A DNA stretch of 64,000 nucleotides from Candidatus Amesbacteria bacterium (GCA_963736875.1 CAVTQH010000003.1:129756-193755), one strand, 5' to 3'; positions 1 through 10,517 are shown, counted from the stretch's first letter. Notes: generated by a model from the letters alone, not told the origin. Translations and numbers: made by a program.

Positions 1-2
1 AC

Positions 3-2601
3 AATTACAATCCCGGCAGAGGATGGATATATCTTACCGCGGGGAATTATATTTTCAGGTCAACGGGGTGCCGGACCGGGGGTTATTGGCTGGATTGGCC
101 GAATAATTCCTGCAGGGCTTACGGGCAGGTTGATGACAGGCTGCTTATTAACGGAGTCTGGCTTTGGGGAGGGAGCAGTTCATGGGTAGGTTATGGGGGT
201 GATAACGGTAATTTTTGCAGTTCAGGAATGGCGTCGCATCAGGGCAGCATTACTATTATCTCGGACGGATGGTATATTTTTCAATTTGACCAGCTGTACT
301 GGCCTGAAACCAAATTCTGGGTAGATTACAGCATAAATGGCGGGGCGACGTGGAATTATATTACAGCTGCAATGCTCAGGTCCTGTAATCCGGGGAGTTC
401 TCCCACTCCAATGCCTACAAAAACCTGCAATATTTCTGCACCGGCTACAGCTACCTGCGGTATACCGTTTACAGTGAGTTGGAACGGGCAGGGAAATCCC
501 GGTGAAACCAATCAGGTAAGAGCCTTCCTGGAAAGACAGGACGGGGGCAGACTGCCCACCCCGATTGCATACCCTTCATATCTGTTTCCGTCCCCGACAC
601 CGGCTTTTTATTCATATAACCTGGGCTTCTGCAACAGCATCAACGGAGTCAGCTGCACCGATTCGGAACCCGTAGGCGGGATAATTCCGCCGGGAAATTA
701 CTGGGTGCACTGCGATGTGCCGGGAAATGTCAACCAGTGCTCAGGCAATCCGATGTGCGTTTTCCTGGGATGGGCCTGCACCTGGCCGACCTGCGCCGGT
801 ACGGGTTATGACTCAATTACCGTTTCGGCTCCGGTCCAGCCCACACCCGGCGGAGTTACGGTTACGCATAGCTGCAATTACACTTCAGCCAGGGCGAATA
901 TAAGCTGGAGTCCCGCTCCGGGGGCGACTTCCTACAGAGTGCTGGTTGACGGTGTGGCAAATCCGACAATATATCCAAACAGTCCCGCTAGTAATCTGCC
1001 GGTAGCCTGCGGGGTGCATACTTTCCGGGTCAGGGCTCTGAATGCCTGCGGCAGTACCGGGACAAGCGCCGCAGTAAGTGCCGGAGTATGTCCCACACCG
1101 GGGACACCGGCAAACCCCACGGTAACAGTCAACTGCAGTTCGGTGGATGTGAATTGGGCGACAGTACCCCTGGCAGCATATTACCAGGTCAGAAAAGACC
1201 TGGTGGCGCAGCCGACCGTAGTGGCTCCGACACAGACCGTTGCCCAAATCTGCGGGACAGCCAGCAATTATGCAGTCAGAGCGATTTCAGCCTGCCGGGC
1301 AAACAGCCCGTATTCCGGAAATACTGCCGGGCCGGTGGCGGTATGCACACCCATCCCGCCCATCCAATATCACGGCGGATTGCCTGATTGACGATATTGT
1401 AGTCAATTGGACCGACAATGCGACTAATGAAACCGGTTACGGAATAGCCCGGACACCGGACATGCCCGGTGAATATGTATCACTTCCGGCTAATACCGTT
1501 ACCTACACTGATAACAATCCGCCTGTTCCCCCTGCGGCATTTAATTACCAGATACGATCGGAAATCGCATCGAATCCTCCTGCCTGCCGGTACGGGGAGA
1601 GGAGCGGACCGTCCCCATTTCATCCCGCCTGTCCGGTGTACACCAGATGGTTTCAGTGCCAGGGAGGGGGTGCGGCGGCGGCTACCGGGAATTTGGGTGT
1701 CCAACTGCCGCCGACCGGTGTTCCGGATAATCCCCAGGCTAAACTGATATTGCAGGGGGAACCGACTGTTGCTCCTCCTAATCCCGCCGGCCTTCCGGGA
1801 ATGGTTTTCGGGAACGGGTTTACCGGGAATTTGACCCCGAATAACGTGAGTATCAAAGGATGGCTGGTACCCATCGGATCAGGGTGGGGGGGAGGCGGCG
1901 GCAGCGGGATGACGGAGAAGGTGGAAAATCAATATACATCGATCAGGGAAAGGATACTCTCCCGGGCTTCCGCGTATCACCTGAGCGATTCCGTATTAAC
2001 CGCCGGTGATTTGAATAATGCCATTGATGCAGCGAACGGATCTTCCAGTACGAGAAGAACGTTTACATATGAATACGGGGGAGCCTTTAATGTGGCAATT
2101 ATTGAGACGACCGGGTCAATTACTTTGGGTGCTGCACCGGGTAATCCTCTGGCCAGTCTGCAAACCAGAAAGGCAGTCCTGCTGGTTCCCGGGGATGTAA
2201 CGATAGGGAGCAGCATACTGAGTGATTCAAATCCGACCGGCAACCCGGCAACCCAGGGCTTTGTGGCAATTATTGCTTCGGGTTCCGTAACTGTGGAGAC
2301 CAGTGTGGCGGTAACCCCCACGCCCGTGACTATGCCTTTTCAGGATGATATAGCGAATTCGGCATTTCCCGCGCATATTTCCGCGGTGATTTACGCCCAG
2401 GGCAATTTTACGGTGAATTCAGTACTCAACCAGCTGAAAATTGACGGAGGAGTGGTGGCCATGGGAGCGATTAACATCAGTCCCGGGCGGACGAGCAAGG
2501 GACCGTGGCCGGCCGAGTTTGTGCACTACAACCCGGGAATGATGCGGATCTTAAGAGACGTGGGATTGAGACGGAAAGTGGTGTTTGAACCGATACCGTA
2601 G
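3..2601 (+). CDS. Large secreted/surface protein, paralog 1 (5'-truncated by window): PA14-like domain, Cys-rich FN3-like repeats, conserved C-terminal domain; 1-bp frameshift at ~1361
   Basis: The frame of ORF 228..1391 is open from position 3 (NYNPGRGWIYLTAGNYIF...VDDRLLING). ORFs 228..1391 and 1240..2601 join if one base is removed at CCGCCCATCC (paralog has CCGCCCTCC). 411..2601 matches 5250..7439. Confidence 0.8.
411..2601 (+). repeat. Copy 1 of a ~2.19-kb near-identical direct repeat (constant 3' part of the gene)
   Basis: Aligns to 5250..7439 at offset 4839/4838. Identity ends exactly at the TAG stop. Confidence 0.95.
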
Positions 2602-2603
2602 GT

Positions 2604-2631
2604 TTGACATGTAAAAAACCGGATTTATAAT
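2604..2631 (+). promoter_or_regulatory. Consensus sigma70 promoter, near-leaderless
   Basis: TTGACA (2604-2609), 16 nt, TATAAT (2626-2631); GTG start 8 nt downstream. Confidence 0.7.
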
Positions 2632-2639
2632 CGGTCCAG

Positions 2640-4133
2640 GTGAAAAAAGAACATTTAAGCAAAAGGGAAGCCATTATTGCAGTAGGGTTACTTACCATAG
2701 CTATGGTGGCGTGTGGAAAAGAAATAACCGGCCAAATTATATTACCAACAACCGAACCTTCCGTAACTTCAGGTGTAATATATCCCGGAGAAACCATAAC
2801 TCTGACTTCAACTTTAAAACCCTTAGATTCACCAGTGCCTTTGGAAACAATTACTCCCACACCTCAAGAATCGTGCTTGATCGACGGGACAGTATTTGCG
2901 GAGGGGAACCGCCATCCCGATGGGGGATACAGGTACCCGGCGGATATGAGTAAAATTGATAAACCCTTAAATCAGTGGAACCAGGCGGAAAGAACAACGA
3001 TTGTGGATGCAGCCGGGAACTCCATCTATGACGGGGTGGGATACATCGCGAATTCAGGCTGGGTTTCTGATAATAAATTAAATTATGCCGGTACATGGAT
3101 CGGCAGGGGCTGCGGATATGGGCTGATGTTTGAAGACCAGAACGGCCAAGATGTTTGGGCAACCAATGTTCTGGGTATGGCCATGGGCCGGCCGGACGGA
3201 AATGGTCTGGGTTTCGGTGCCCAACCAATTCCCAACCCAGGGATAGAAGGTCGGATGGAACTGATTGTCGGCAGAGAGCAGACGGCCGTCTGGGTCAGAG
3301 GTACAGACCAGATCATCGGCAAATATGATCCGGTTACCCAAGTTTGGAATTTTGAGCAGGCATACAGGCCTACTGAGGCATATGAATTGTATGAATTATC
3401 ATCCGAACAGCTGGCGGCAAAACATTTATACGGCTCCGGTTTTGAAATAAATGCTGAGTATGAAGGCGTTCCGGTTAATTTTACCGCAGTGACATCCGAA
3501 GGAAATCTTATAAGGTACAATCAAACCCGCGGATGTATGCTTAATACGGAGATGGCGAAATACGGGTATCCGGCTGAAGACAGGATAGCGAAAATGGTTT
3601 TTTTGGGGCATTATGTCGGTTACCTTCGGGATAATCGTTTAAGCGAGACTCAATTTACCTTCGAAGAATATATGGCAAACCTGAAAGCGGGAAGAGATAT
3701 GGGTTATGCAATATACGGAATCAAGACGGATCAGGATACGGGTGAATTTTTGGTCGACCCACTTAAACCGGTTGAGTATGTGGTCACAGAATCCGAAACG
3801 GATCCGAATGGCAGAGGAACAGCGCTTCTTAATGACAACGCCAGTAGACGCGGGTATATACAGTTAGAAAACGGGGGATTAAGGATAATCCAGCAATTAG
3901 CAGGCTCTGCTTCAAATATGTTTAATTTCTGCATCGTCACAGGCAACGAGCTATCCACGAGTTTATTATCATTAGGGGGTGAGTTGGGGGCTTTACAGGG
4001 CTGGGGCCAATTTACTTATCCCGGTTTTGTTTACCCTATTACAAAAGTTGAACTTGAAAATACTGTAATTAATTTACAAATTTATTATAACTCCAATAAA
4101 AAAATTAGCAGTAACGTATTTGCGGCGCCGTAA
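2640..4133 (+). CDS. Putative lipoprotein, unknown function
   Basis: 497 aa; basic N-terminus, hydrophobic stretch, lipobox-like MVAC, Thr/Pro linker. Confidence 0.7.
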   Translation: MKKEHLSKREAIIAVGLLTIAMVACGKEITGQIILPTTEPSVTSGVIYPGETITLTSTLKPLDSPVPLETITPTPQESCLIDGTVFAEGNRHPDGGYRYPADMSKIDKPLNQWNQAERTTIVDAAGNSIYDGVGYIANSGWVSDNKLNYAGTWIGRGCGYGLMFEDQNGQDVWATNVLGMAMGRPDGNGLGFGAQPIPNPGIEGRMELIVGREQTAVWVRGTDQIIGKYDPVTQVWNFEQAYRPTEAYELYELSSEQLAAKHLYGSGFEINAEYEGVPVNFTAVTSEGNLIRYNQTRGCMLNTEMAKYGYPAEDRIAKMVFLGHYVGYLRDNRLSETQFTFEEYMANLKAGRDMGYAIYGIKTDQDTGEFLVDPLKPVEYVVTESETDPNGRGTALLNDNASRRGYIQLENGGLRIIQQLAGSASNMFNFCIVTGNELSTSLLSLGGELGALQGWGQFTYPGFVYPITKVELENTVINLQIYYNSNKKISSNVFAAP

Positions 4134-4181
4134 CACTGCAGTTTGTATAGTCATTTGTTTTTGTGATAATCTGAACGAGTA

Positions 4182-7100
4182 ATGAGAATGAAGTTGTTCT
4201 TGTCCTTCGCTGTATTTTTTGGCTTTTTTTTCTTGTATATTTTCAAAGCTGATAGAGTTTATGCTGCCCCTTGTAGCGGCGCCACGATTAACTGCGGGCA
4301 TATAAATTATTCCGGCGGTTGTACATGCAGTGATCCGGGTGGAAATCCATGTACTGATCCAGGAGCTGCATGTGGCTCCGGAGGTACATGTACTTGTTCC
4401 CTGCCGTGGTGTAATTGTGTGGGAGGTCAGCCTGGTGACGGCTGGCATAACTGCAGCACGCTGTCCTGTCCCAGCCCTTGCGGGGTAGGTAATTGTGCCT
4501 GCGAAGGAAGTTGCAGCGGCGGCGGCGGTTTTTGCGGGGATGGAATTTGTGGAAACAGTTTTGGTGAAGCTTGTGATGTTTGTGTAGCAGATTGCGGTGG
4601 TTGTAGTGCGCCTCCCCCCCAATGCGATGCGGTGGATTCTGTTCATAGAAGCTGCGCTTATTATGGTTGGAATGCAGCGACCAGGGGACTGATGGTTGAA
4701 ACATATGTGTATGACACGGTGAGTTGTTCACCCAATCATTTTCCCGGGTATACCTGCCGCATTCAGGATGCACCTGTGAGTGTTGACACAAAATTGTCAG
4801 ATACGGAAGGAATTCGAGGCCCTAAGGACATTCTTGGTAATTCCGGGTGCTGGCCGGGTATGAGGGGGGTAGCTTGGGGAGGGGAAGTTGAGGATGGCAA
4901 CGGAAATCACGGATTTATTAACATCAAAATCGCCGGGGTGTGGAGTTTTAAAGTGGAGGAACTTGAACTGGATGGTGAATGGTTTCATGTGATTGTAGAT
5001 GGTGTTGTGGTGGTAAGTAATGGTCCGGGAGGTTATGCCTGTGAAGTTGACGGCGATGAGGATGGTACTTGTTGGGAAGGGAGTGTCAACCTGAGTCAAG
5101 GCTGGCACACTTTTCAGGTGCAGGTGGGTGGTTGGGGTTGGAGTAATTCGATATTTCACACTTTCATCAGACCTCCGGGTGTGGGATGGTTTATCCATAT
5201 AAATAATTCTTACCCTGCATACTATGAAACGAGTCCATGTGTGCAGGCGATGCCTCAAAAAACCTGCAATATTTCTGCACCGGCTACAGCTACCTGCGGC
5301 ATACCGTTTACGGTCAGCTGGAACGGGCAGGGAAATCCCGGTGAAACCAATCAGGTAAGAGCCTTCCTGGAAAGACAGGACGGGGGCAGACTGCCCACAC
5401 CGATTGCATACCCTTCATATCTGTTTCCGTCCCCGACACCGGCTTTTTATTCATACAACCTGGGTTTCTGCAACAGCGTCAACGGAGTCAGCTGTACCGA
5501 TTCGGAACCCGTAGGCGGGATAATTCCGCCGGGAAATTACTGGGTGCACTGCGATGTGCCGGGAAATGTCAACCAGTGCTCAGGCAATCCGATGTGCGTT
5601 TTCCTGGGATGGGCCTGCACCTGGCCGACCTGCGCCGGTACGGGTTATGACTCAATTACGGTTTCGGCTCCGGTCCAGCCCACACCCGGCGGAGTTACGG
5701 TTACGCATAGCTGCAATTACACTTCAGCCAGGGCGAATATAAGCTGGAGTCCCGCTCCGGGGGCAACGTCATACAGAGTGCTGGTTGACGGTGTGGTAAA
5801 TCCGACAATATATCCAAATAGTCCCGCTAATAATCTGCCGGTAGCCTGCGGGGTGCATACTTTCCGGGTCAGGGCTCTAAATGCCTGCGGCAGTACCGGG
5901 ACAAGCGCCGCAGTAAGTGCCGGAGTATGTCCCACACCGGGGACACCGGCAAACCCCACAGTAACAGTCAACTGCAGTTCGGTGGATGTGAATTGGGCGA
6001 CAGTACCCCTGGCAGCATATTACCAGGTCAGAAAAGACCTGGTGGCGCAGCCGACCGTAGTGGCTCCGACACAGACCGTTGCCCAAATCTGCGGGACAGC
6101 CAGCAATTATGCAGTCAGAGCGATTTCGGCCTGCCGGGCAAACAGCCCGTATTCCGGAAATACTGCCGGGCCGGCGGCGGTATGCACACCCATCCCGCCC
6201 TCCAATATCACGGCGGATTGCCTGATTGACGATATTGTAGTCAATTGGACCGACAATGCGACTAATGAAACCGGTTACGGAATAGCCCGGACACCGGACA
6301 TGCCCGGCGAATATGTATCACTTTCGGTTGATGCCGTTACCTACACTGATAACAATCCGCCTGTTCCCCCTGCGGCATTTAATTACCAGATACGATCGGA
6401 AATCGCATCGAATCCTCCTGCCTGCCGGTACGGGGAGAGGAGCGGCCCGTCTCCATTTCATCCCGCCTGTCCGGTGTACACCAGATGGTTTCAGTGCCAG
6501 GGAGGGGGTGCGGCGGCGGCTACCGGGAATTTGGGTGTCCAACTGCCGCCGACCGGTGTTCCGGATAATCCCCAGGCTAAACTGATATTGCAGGGGGAAC
6601 CGACTGTTGCTCCTCCTAATCCCGCCGGCCTTCCGGGAATGGTTTTCGGGAACGGGTTTACCGGGAATTTGACCCCGAATAACGTGAGTATCAAAGGATG
6701 GCTGGTACCCATCGGATCAGGGTGGGGGGGAGGCGGCGGCAGCGGGATGACGGAGAAGGTGGAAAATCAATATACATCGATCAGGGAAAGGATACTCTCC
6801 CGGGCTTCCGCGTATCACCTGAGCGATTCCGTATTAACCGCCGGTGATTTGAATAATGCCATTGATGCAGCGAACGGATCTTCCAGTACGAGAAGAACGT
6901 TTACATATGAATACGGGGGAGCCTTTAATGTGGCAATTATTGAGACGACCGGGTCAATTACTTTGGGTGCTGCACCGGGTAATCCTCTGGCCAGTCTGCA
7001 AACCAGAAAGGCAGTCCTGCTGGTTCCCGGGGATGTAACGATAGGGAGCAGCATACTGAGTGATTCAAATCCGACCGGCAACCCGGCAACCCAGGGCTTT

Positions 7101-7439
7101 GTGGCAATTATTGCTTCGGGTTCCGTAACCGTGGAGACCAGTGTGGCGGTAACCCCCACGCCCGTGACTATGCCTTTTCAGGATGATATAGCGAATTCGG
7201 CATTTCCCGCGCATATTTCCGCGGTGATTTACGCCCAGGGCAATTTTACGGTGAATTCAGTACTCAACCAGCTGAAAATTGACGGAGGAGTGGTGGCCAT
7301 GGGAGCGATTAACATCAGTCCCGGGCGGACGAGCAAGGGACCGTGGCCGTCCGAGTTTGTGCATTACAACCCCGGGATGATGCGGATCTTAAGAGACGTG
7401 GGATTGAGACGGAAAGTGGTGTTTGAACCGATACCGTAG
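4182..7439 (+). CDS. Large secreted/surface protein, paralog 2: signal/TM, Cys-rich repeats, PA14-like domain, FN3-like repeats, conserved C-terminal domain
   Basis: 1085-aa ORF; N-terminal hydrophobic segment ending VYAA; CGDGIC-type Cys-rich region; GSVNLSQGWHTFQV PA14-like motif. Confidence 0.85.
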   Translation: MRMKLFLSFAVFFGFFFLYIFKADRVYAAPCSGATINCGHINYSGGCTCSDPGGNPCTDPGAACGSGGTCTCSLPWCNCVGGQPGDGWHNCSTLSCPSPCGVGNCACEGSCSGGGGFCGDGICGNSFGEACDVCVADCGGCSAPPPQCDAVDSVHRSCAYYGWNAATRGLMVETYVYDTVSCSPNHFPGYTCRIQDAPVSVDTKLSDTEGIRGPKDILGNSGCWPGMRGVAWGGEVEDGNGNHGFINIKIAGVWSFKVEELELDGEWFHVIVDGVVVVSNGPGGYACEVDGDEDGTCWEGSVNLSQGWHTFQVQVGGWGWSNSIFHTFIRPPGVGWFIHINNSYPAYYETSPCVQAMPQKTCNISAPATATCGIPFTVSWNGQGNPGETNQVRAFLERQDGGRLPTPIAYPSYLFPSPTPAFYSYNLGFCNSVNGVSCTDSEPVGGIIPPGNYWVHCDVPGNVNQCSGNPMCVFLGWACTWPTCAGTGYDSITVSAPVQPTPGGVTVTHSCNYTSARANISWSPAPGATSYRVLVDGVVNPTIYPNSPANNLPVACGVHTFRVRALNACGSTGTSAAVSAGVCPTPGTPANPTVTVNCSSVDVNWATVPLAAYYQVRKDLVAQPTVVAPTQTVAQICGTASNYAVRAISACRANSPYSGNTAGPAAVCTPIPPSNITADCLIDDIVVNWTDNATNETGYGIARTPDMPGEYVSLSVDAVTYTDNNPPVPPAAFNYQIRSEIASNPPACRYGERSGPSPFHPACPVYTRWFQCQGGGAAAATGNLGVQLPPTGVPDNPQAKLILQGEPTVAPPNPAGLPGMVFGNGFTGNLTPNNVSIKGWLVPIGSGWGGGGGSGMTEKVENQYTSIRERILSRASAYHLSDSVLTAGDLNNAIDAANGSSSTRRTFTYEYGGAFNVAIIETTGSITLGAAPGNPLASLQTRKAVLLVPGDVTIGSSILSDSNPTGNPATQGFVAIIASGSVTVETSVAVTPTPVTMPFQDDIANSAFPAHISAVIYAQGNFTVNSVLNQLKIDGGVVAMGAINISPGRTSKGPWPSEFVHYNPGMMRILRDVGLRRKVVFEPIP
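5250..7439 (+). repeat. Copy 2 of the ~2.19-kb direct repeat
   Basis: Near-identical to 411..2601. Confidence 0.95.
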
Positions 7440-7443
7440 AGAG

Positions 7444-7519
7444 TGGTGGACCCAGCGGGATTCGAACCCGCCGCCTCTCGCATGCCATGCGAACGCTCTA
7501 CCAAATGAGCTATGGGCCC
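7444..7519 (-). tRNA. tRNA-Ala(GGC)
   Basis: Reverse complement GGGCCCATAGCTCATTTGGTAGAGCG...ATGGCAT loop...GGTTCGAATCC...GGGTCCACCA; G3:U70 pair; CCA encoded. Confidence 0.95.
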
Positions 7520-7551
7520 AAGATTAAGGATCTATTTTAGCAAATTTATTG

Positions 7552-7622
7552 TGGACCATGGGGGAATCGCACCCCCGTATCCGCAATGCGAATGCGGCGC
7601 ACTACTACTATGCTAATGGCCC
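7552..7622 (-). tRNA. tRNA-Ala(CGC), atypical D and T loops, CCA not encoded
   Basis: Reverse complement GGGCCATTAGCATAGTAGTAGTGCG CCGCA-TTCGCAT-TGCGG ... GGGGG-TGCGATT-CCCCC ATGGTCCA; G3:U70 pair. Confidence 0.85.
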
Positions 7623-7652
7623 ACTGAGACAGATATTATTTTACCAGAGGGG

Positions 7653-9722
7653 TCAGGGTAACGGGGCGGGGGAGGCAGCCGGAGACGGAGCGGGAGTAAC
7701 TGTAGCTTCGGGGCCGAGGTTTGAAGGCAAAGTGATGGGAGGGTTGACTTTGGGAGTGGGGAGAGGCTGGGGTGCTGCCAACTGAGTACCTTCGGGAGCT
7801 GCGGGAACCTGGGCTGTGGTGCCGGCCAGCTTGGCCAGTTCTTCCAATTCACTCTGGGCTTTGGAAAAGTCGGGAGAGGTACGGTCAAGCTTACTTACCA
7901 CAAGCTGCATGGCGGCAAAAGCGTTTTGGTAGTCTTTCTTTTCCTTGTAGGCGGCGGAAATGTTATAGAAAGCATTTGCCAGGTCGGGCTTTAGGTCTGC
8001 TGACTGTTGGAAGAGGCGGATGGCTTCATCATAATTCTTCTGGGCAAAATAGATACCTCCCAGAGAAATCCGCAGCGAAGGATTGGTGGGATCCAGAGCG
8101 ATCGCCTGGCGGTAAGAGGCAATTGACCACTGATCGGCCCCCTGGGCGAAGTTTAAAAGGTTCTGATAGATGGCGGCCAGATTCTCGACATTTGTGGCTT
8201 TGAAGGGGTTTAAGGCCACGGCATTTTTTGCTTCCTGAATGGACTGCTGAATCAGCTGGGTAATCAGAGTCCGGTCTTCCGCAGTGAGGTTGGTTTTGGT
8301 AGCGGCAGAGTTGGCCAGCAAAAGATTGGTCTGGGAAGCGGTGACACGGTAGCTGTCTTTAGCGGGATTGTAATTGATGGCGGAAACCAGGTTCTGGTAA
8401 GTGTTACGGCCTTCGTTTTTACCGGCAGCAAATATGGCTTTCTGGAAATAAGTTTCAGCATAGTAGGCTTTACCCAGAGAATAAAATCCGGGGATGATCA
8501 GCCCGAGAGCTAAAAGCAGGGAAATCCAGGGAAGGATGGGAGTGCGCACTCCGGAGTCGGAAGCGGCTACAATGTCAATGTTGGCTTCGTGGACTAAAGA
8601 CGACCCCATAAGCTTGAAAGAGGAGATAGCCAGGATTAAGAGGATAAAGAGCAGAAACAAAGTGATGATGCTGGGAGGAATAAACAACAGTGAGGTCAGA
8701 ATAAGAGCGGCACTGACAAGCGCGGCAATTGCCCCGGAATGGGCCGGGGATTCGGAAGCCGATCTGATGGACCGGACCAGGAGATCAATGACTTTATAAG
8801 CTAAAAATATCATGGACGTCAGACCCAGAAGTCCCAGGGTGGTCAGGATCTGCAGGTAATAATTGCTGGCGCTGGTGAAACGGATAGCCCAGTTGGGGGT
8901 GAGATTGTAGGTGACCGGCTTGAAACGGGTGAAATCCGACAAATAGGTGCTGGGACCGGTGCCCAGAAGCGGTGAAAGCTTCAAAGATTCCATAGCGATT
9001 GCCCAGCTGACCTGCTGAGAGAGAAATACCGGGCGGTTACCCGGTTGGCGGAAGAGCCGGTAGGCAATCAGACCGGAAGAGATCACAAAAAGGAACAGAG
9101 CAATGGAAAGTGCCAGGACTTTGGATGAATTGTCTTTCAGGCGAAGGATTAAAAGCCCTACAAAAGGGACTAATATAAGAAGCGAGGTTAATACGGTCAG
9201 GGGATTGCCGGCGGGAGTCCAGAGAGGTGTTTTGGCAAAAGCCCAGGGAACGATTTTTTCGGCCAGTCCGCTTCCCCAAAGGAGGGAAATCAGAGCCAGT
9301 ACGGAGAAAGAAAGAATCAGGGTATGAGTGAGCTGGTCCAGTTCTTTCTTGGTTTTGATAAAGCTCGTGGCTGTAATAAAAATGATGGAGAGAGCAATTA
9401 TGGTGCCGGTTGAACCGGGTTCCAAAAGGGCATCAAGGCGGTTGGGGGTCTGGGAAAAAGTGGAGATAATCCAGACACCCAGTAAAGCCAGAATGGGAAG
9501 ACCGAGAGGGTTTCTGGTAATCCTGACCTGGTGGTTTAATACGAAAGACAAAGTCCAGATGAGTAAGAGGAAAGCCGAGGAGAGCAAAAGAAGAAAGTGT
9601 TTGTTATATTCGTAATACTCCGATGTTATGGGAAGAAACAGTAACGGAAAGATAAATACCAAGCCAACAATAATATAAAAACCTATTTTATGAAGGAGAG
9701 TGGGTGATTTCATATTAAACAT
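7653..9722 (-). CDS. O-antigen ligase (Wzy_C)-like polytopic membrane protein with C-terminal TPR repeats
   Basis: About 12 TM segments, PLLGTGPSTY and SNYYLQILTTLGLLG motifs, TPRs, Pro-rich tail. The start may be ATG 9713 (TTGACA-17-TATACA upstream). Confidence 0.8.
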   Translation of the reverse strand: MFNMKSPTLLHKIGFYIIVGLVFIFPLLFLPITSEYYEYNKHFLLLLSSAFLLLIWTLSFVLNHQVRITRNPLGLPILALLGVWIISTFSQTPNRLDALLEPGSTGTIIALSIIFITATSFIKTKKELDQLTHTLILSFSVLALISLLWGSGLAEKIVPWAFAKTPLWTPAGNPLTVLTSLLILVPFVGLLILRLKDNSSKVLALSIALFLFVISSGLIAYRLFRQPGNRPVFLSQQVSWAIAMESLKLSPLLGTGPSTYLSDFTRFKPVTYNLTPNWAIRFTSASNYYLQILTTLGLLGLTSMIFLAYKVIDLLVRSIRSASESPAHSGAIAALVSAALILTSLLFIPPSIITLFLLFILLILAISSFKLMGSSLVHEANIDIVAASDSGVRTPILPWISLLLALGLIIPGFYSLGKAYYAETYFQKAIFAAGKNEGRNTYQNLVSAINYNPAKDSYRVTASQTNLLLANSAATKTNLTAEDRTLITQLIQQSIQEAKNAVALNPFKATNVENLAAIYQNLLNFAQGADQWSIASYRQAIALDPTNPSLRISLGGIYFAQKNYDEAIRLFQQSADLKPDLANAFYNISAAYKEKKDYQNAFAAMQLVVSKLDRTSPDFSKAQSELEELAKLAGTTAQVPAAPEGTQLAAPQPLPTPKVNPPITLPSNLGPEATVTPAPSPAASPAPLP

Positions 9723-9767
9723 ATGTATAAAGGGAAAAAAAAGCTATGTCAAGCAGGAAAATGAAAC

Positions 9768-9799
9768 GGGTCTGACCTATTGCGCGATAGGTCTGACCC
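9768..9799. repeat. REP-like imperfect hairpin upstream of the RAYT
   Basis: GGGTCTGACCTAT-TGCGCG-ATAGGTCTGACCC; 13-bp arms with one mismatch, each arm itself quasi-palindromic. Confidence 0.7.
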
Positions 9800-9815
9800 A
9801 TGATAACATGAGTGC

Positions 9816-10517
9816 ATGCCGGTCAAAAACAGGGTGAAGATTTATAAAAGCGGGGGTATATACCATATATATAATAGGGGGATAGACGGAAAAGAGATAT
9901 TCCGCGGGGAGGAAGATATGGCGTATTTTATTGACGTCATCCGGCGCTACCTGGATCAATATAAGGAAGAACCTGAAAGCGGATATAAAACGGAACGGCC
10001 GTATTTAAGAAAACACAGGCAGGATATGAATTTACAGGGGAAAGTAGAATTGATGGCTTATTGTCTGATGCCGGATCATTTCCATATTATGGCCAGACAG
10101 CAGTCTGCCGAGGGAATTACCCAGCTGATGCGCCGGGTAATGACCAATTATGTGATGTACTTTAACAAAAAGTACAAAAGAAGGGGAGTACTTTTTGAAA
10201 ATGTGTACCGGGCAGTACTACTTCCTGATGACCGGGTGGTGGTCGGGCTTTCCAGGTATCTGCACTTAAATCCGGTTGCCCGGGTGGTAAAAAGGTTCGG
10301 TTTGGTGGAAACGGTAACGGTGTCATCACCTGAGTATTATATATACTCAAGTTATCAGAATTATTTGGGGTTAAGGCAGGAGGGGTGGGTTAAATCCGGT
10401 CCGGTATTGGACATGTTTGAAAGACTTTCTGAAAATCAGAAACAAAGTTACCGCCAGTACGTGGAGGGAGAGACTAAGAGAATAAAAGAAGAACTTTTTG
10501 ATTGGGTCCTGGAATAA
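9816..10517 (+). CDS. REP-associated tyrosine transposase (Y1 HUH, RAYT/IS200-like)
   Basis: YHIYNRG, AYCLMPDHFH (HUH), YLHLNPV, YSSY motifs. Confidence 0.9.
   Translation: MPVKNRVKIYKSGGIYHIYNRGIDGKEIFRGEEDMAYFIDVIRRYLDQYKEEPESGYKTERPYLRKHRQDMNLQGKVELMAYCLMPDHFHIMARQQSAEGITQLMRRVMTNYVMYFNKKYKRRGVLFENVYRAVLLPDDRVVVGLSRYLHLNPVARVVKRFGLVETVTVSSPEYYIYSSYQNYLGLRQEGWVKSGPVLDMFERLSENQKQSYRQYVEGETKRIKEELFDWVLE

Noticed and set aside
411-7439. Diversity-generating retroelement TR/VR pair
   Set aside because: No reverse transcriptase in the window; the repeat is 2.2 kb and differences are not adenine-specific.
7549-7785. 78-aa ORF
   Set aside because: Antisense to tRNA-Ala(CGC) and the TPR gene end.
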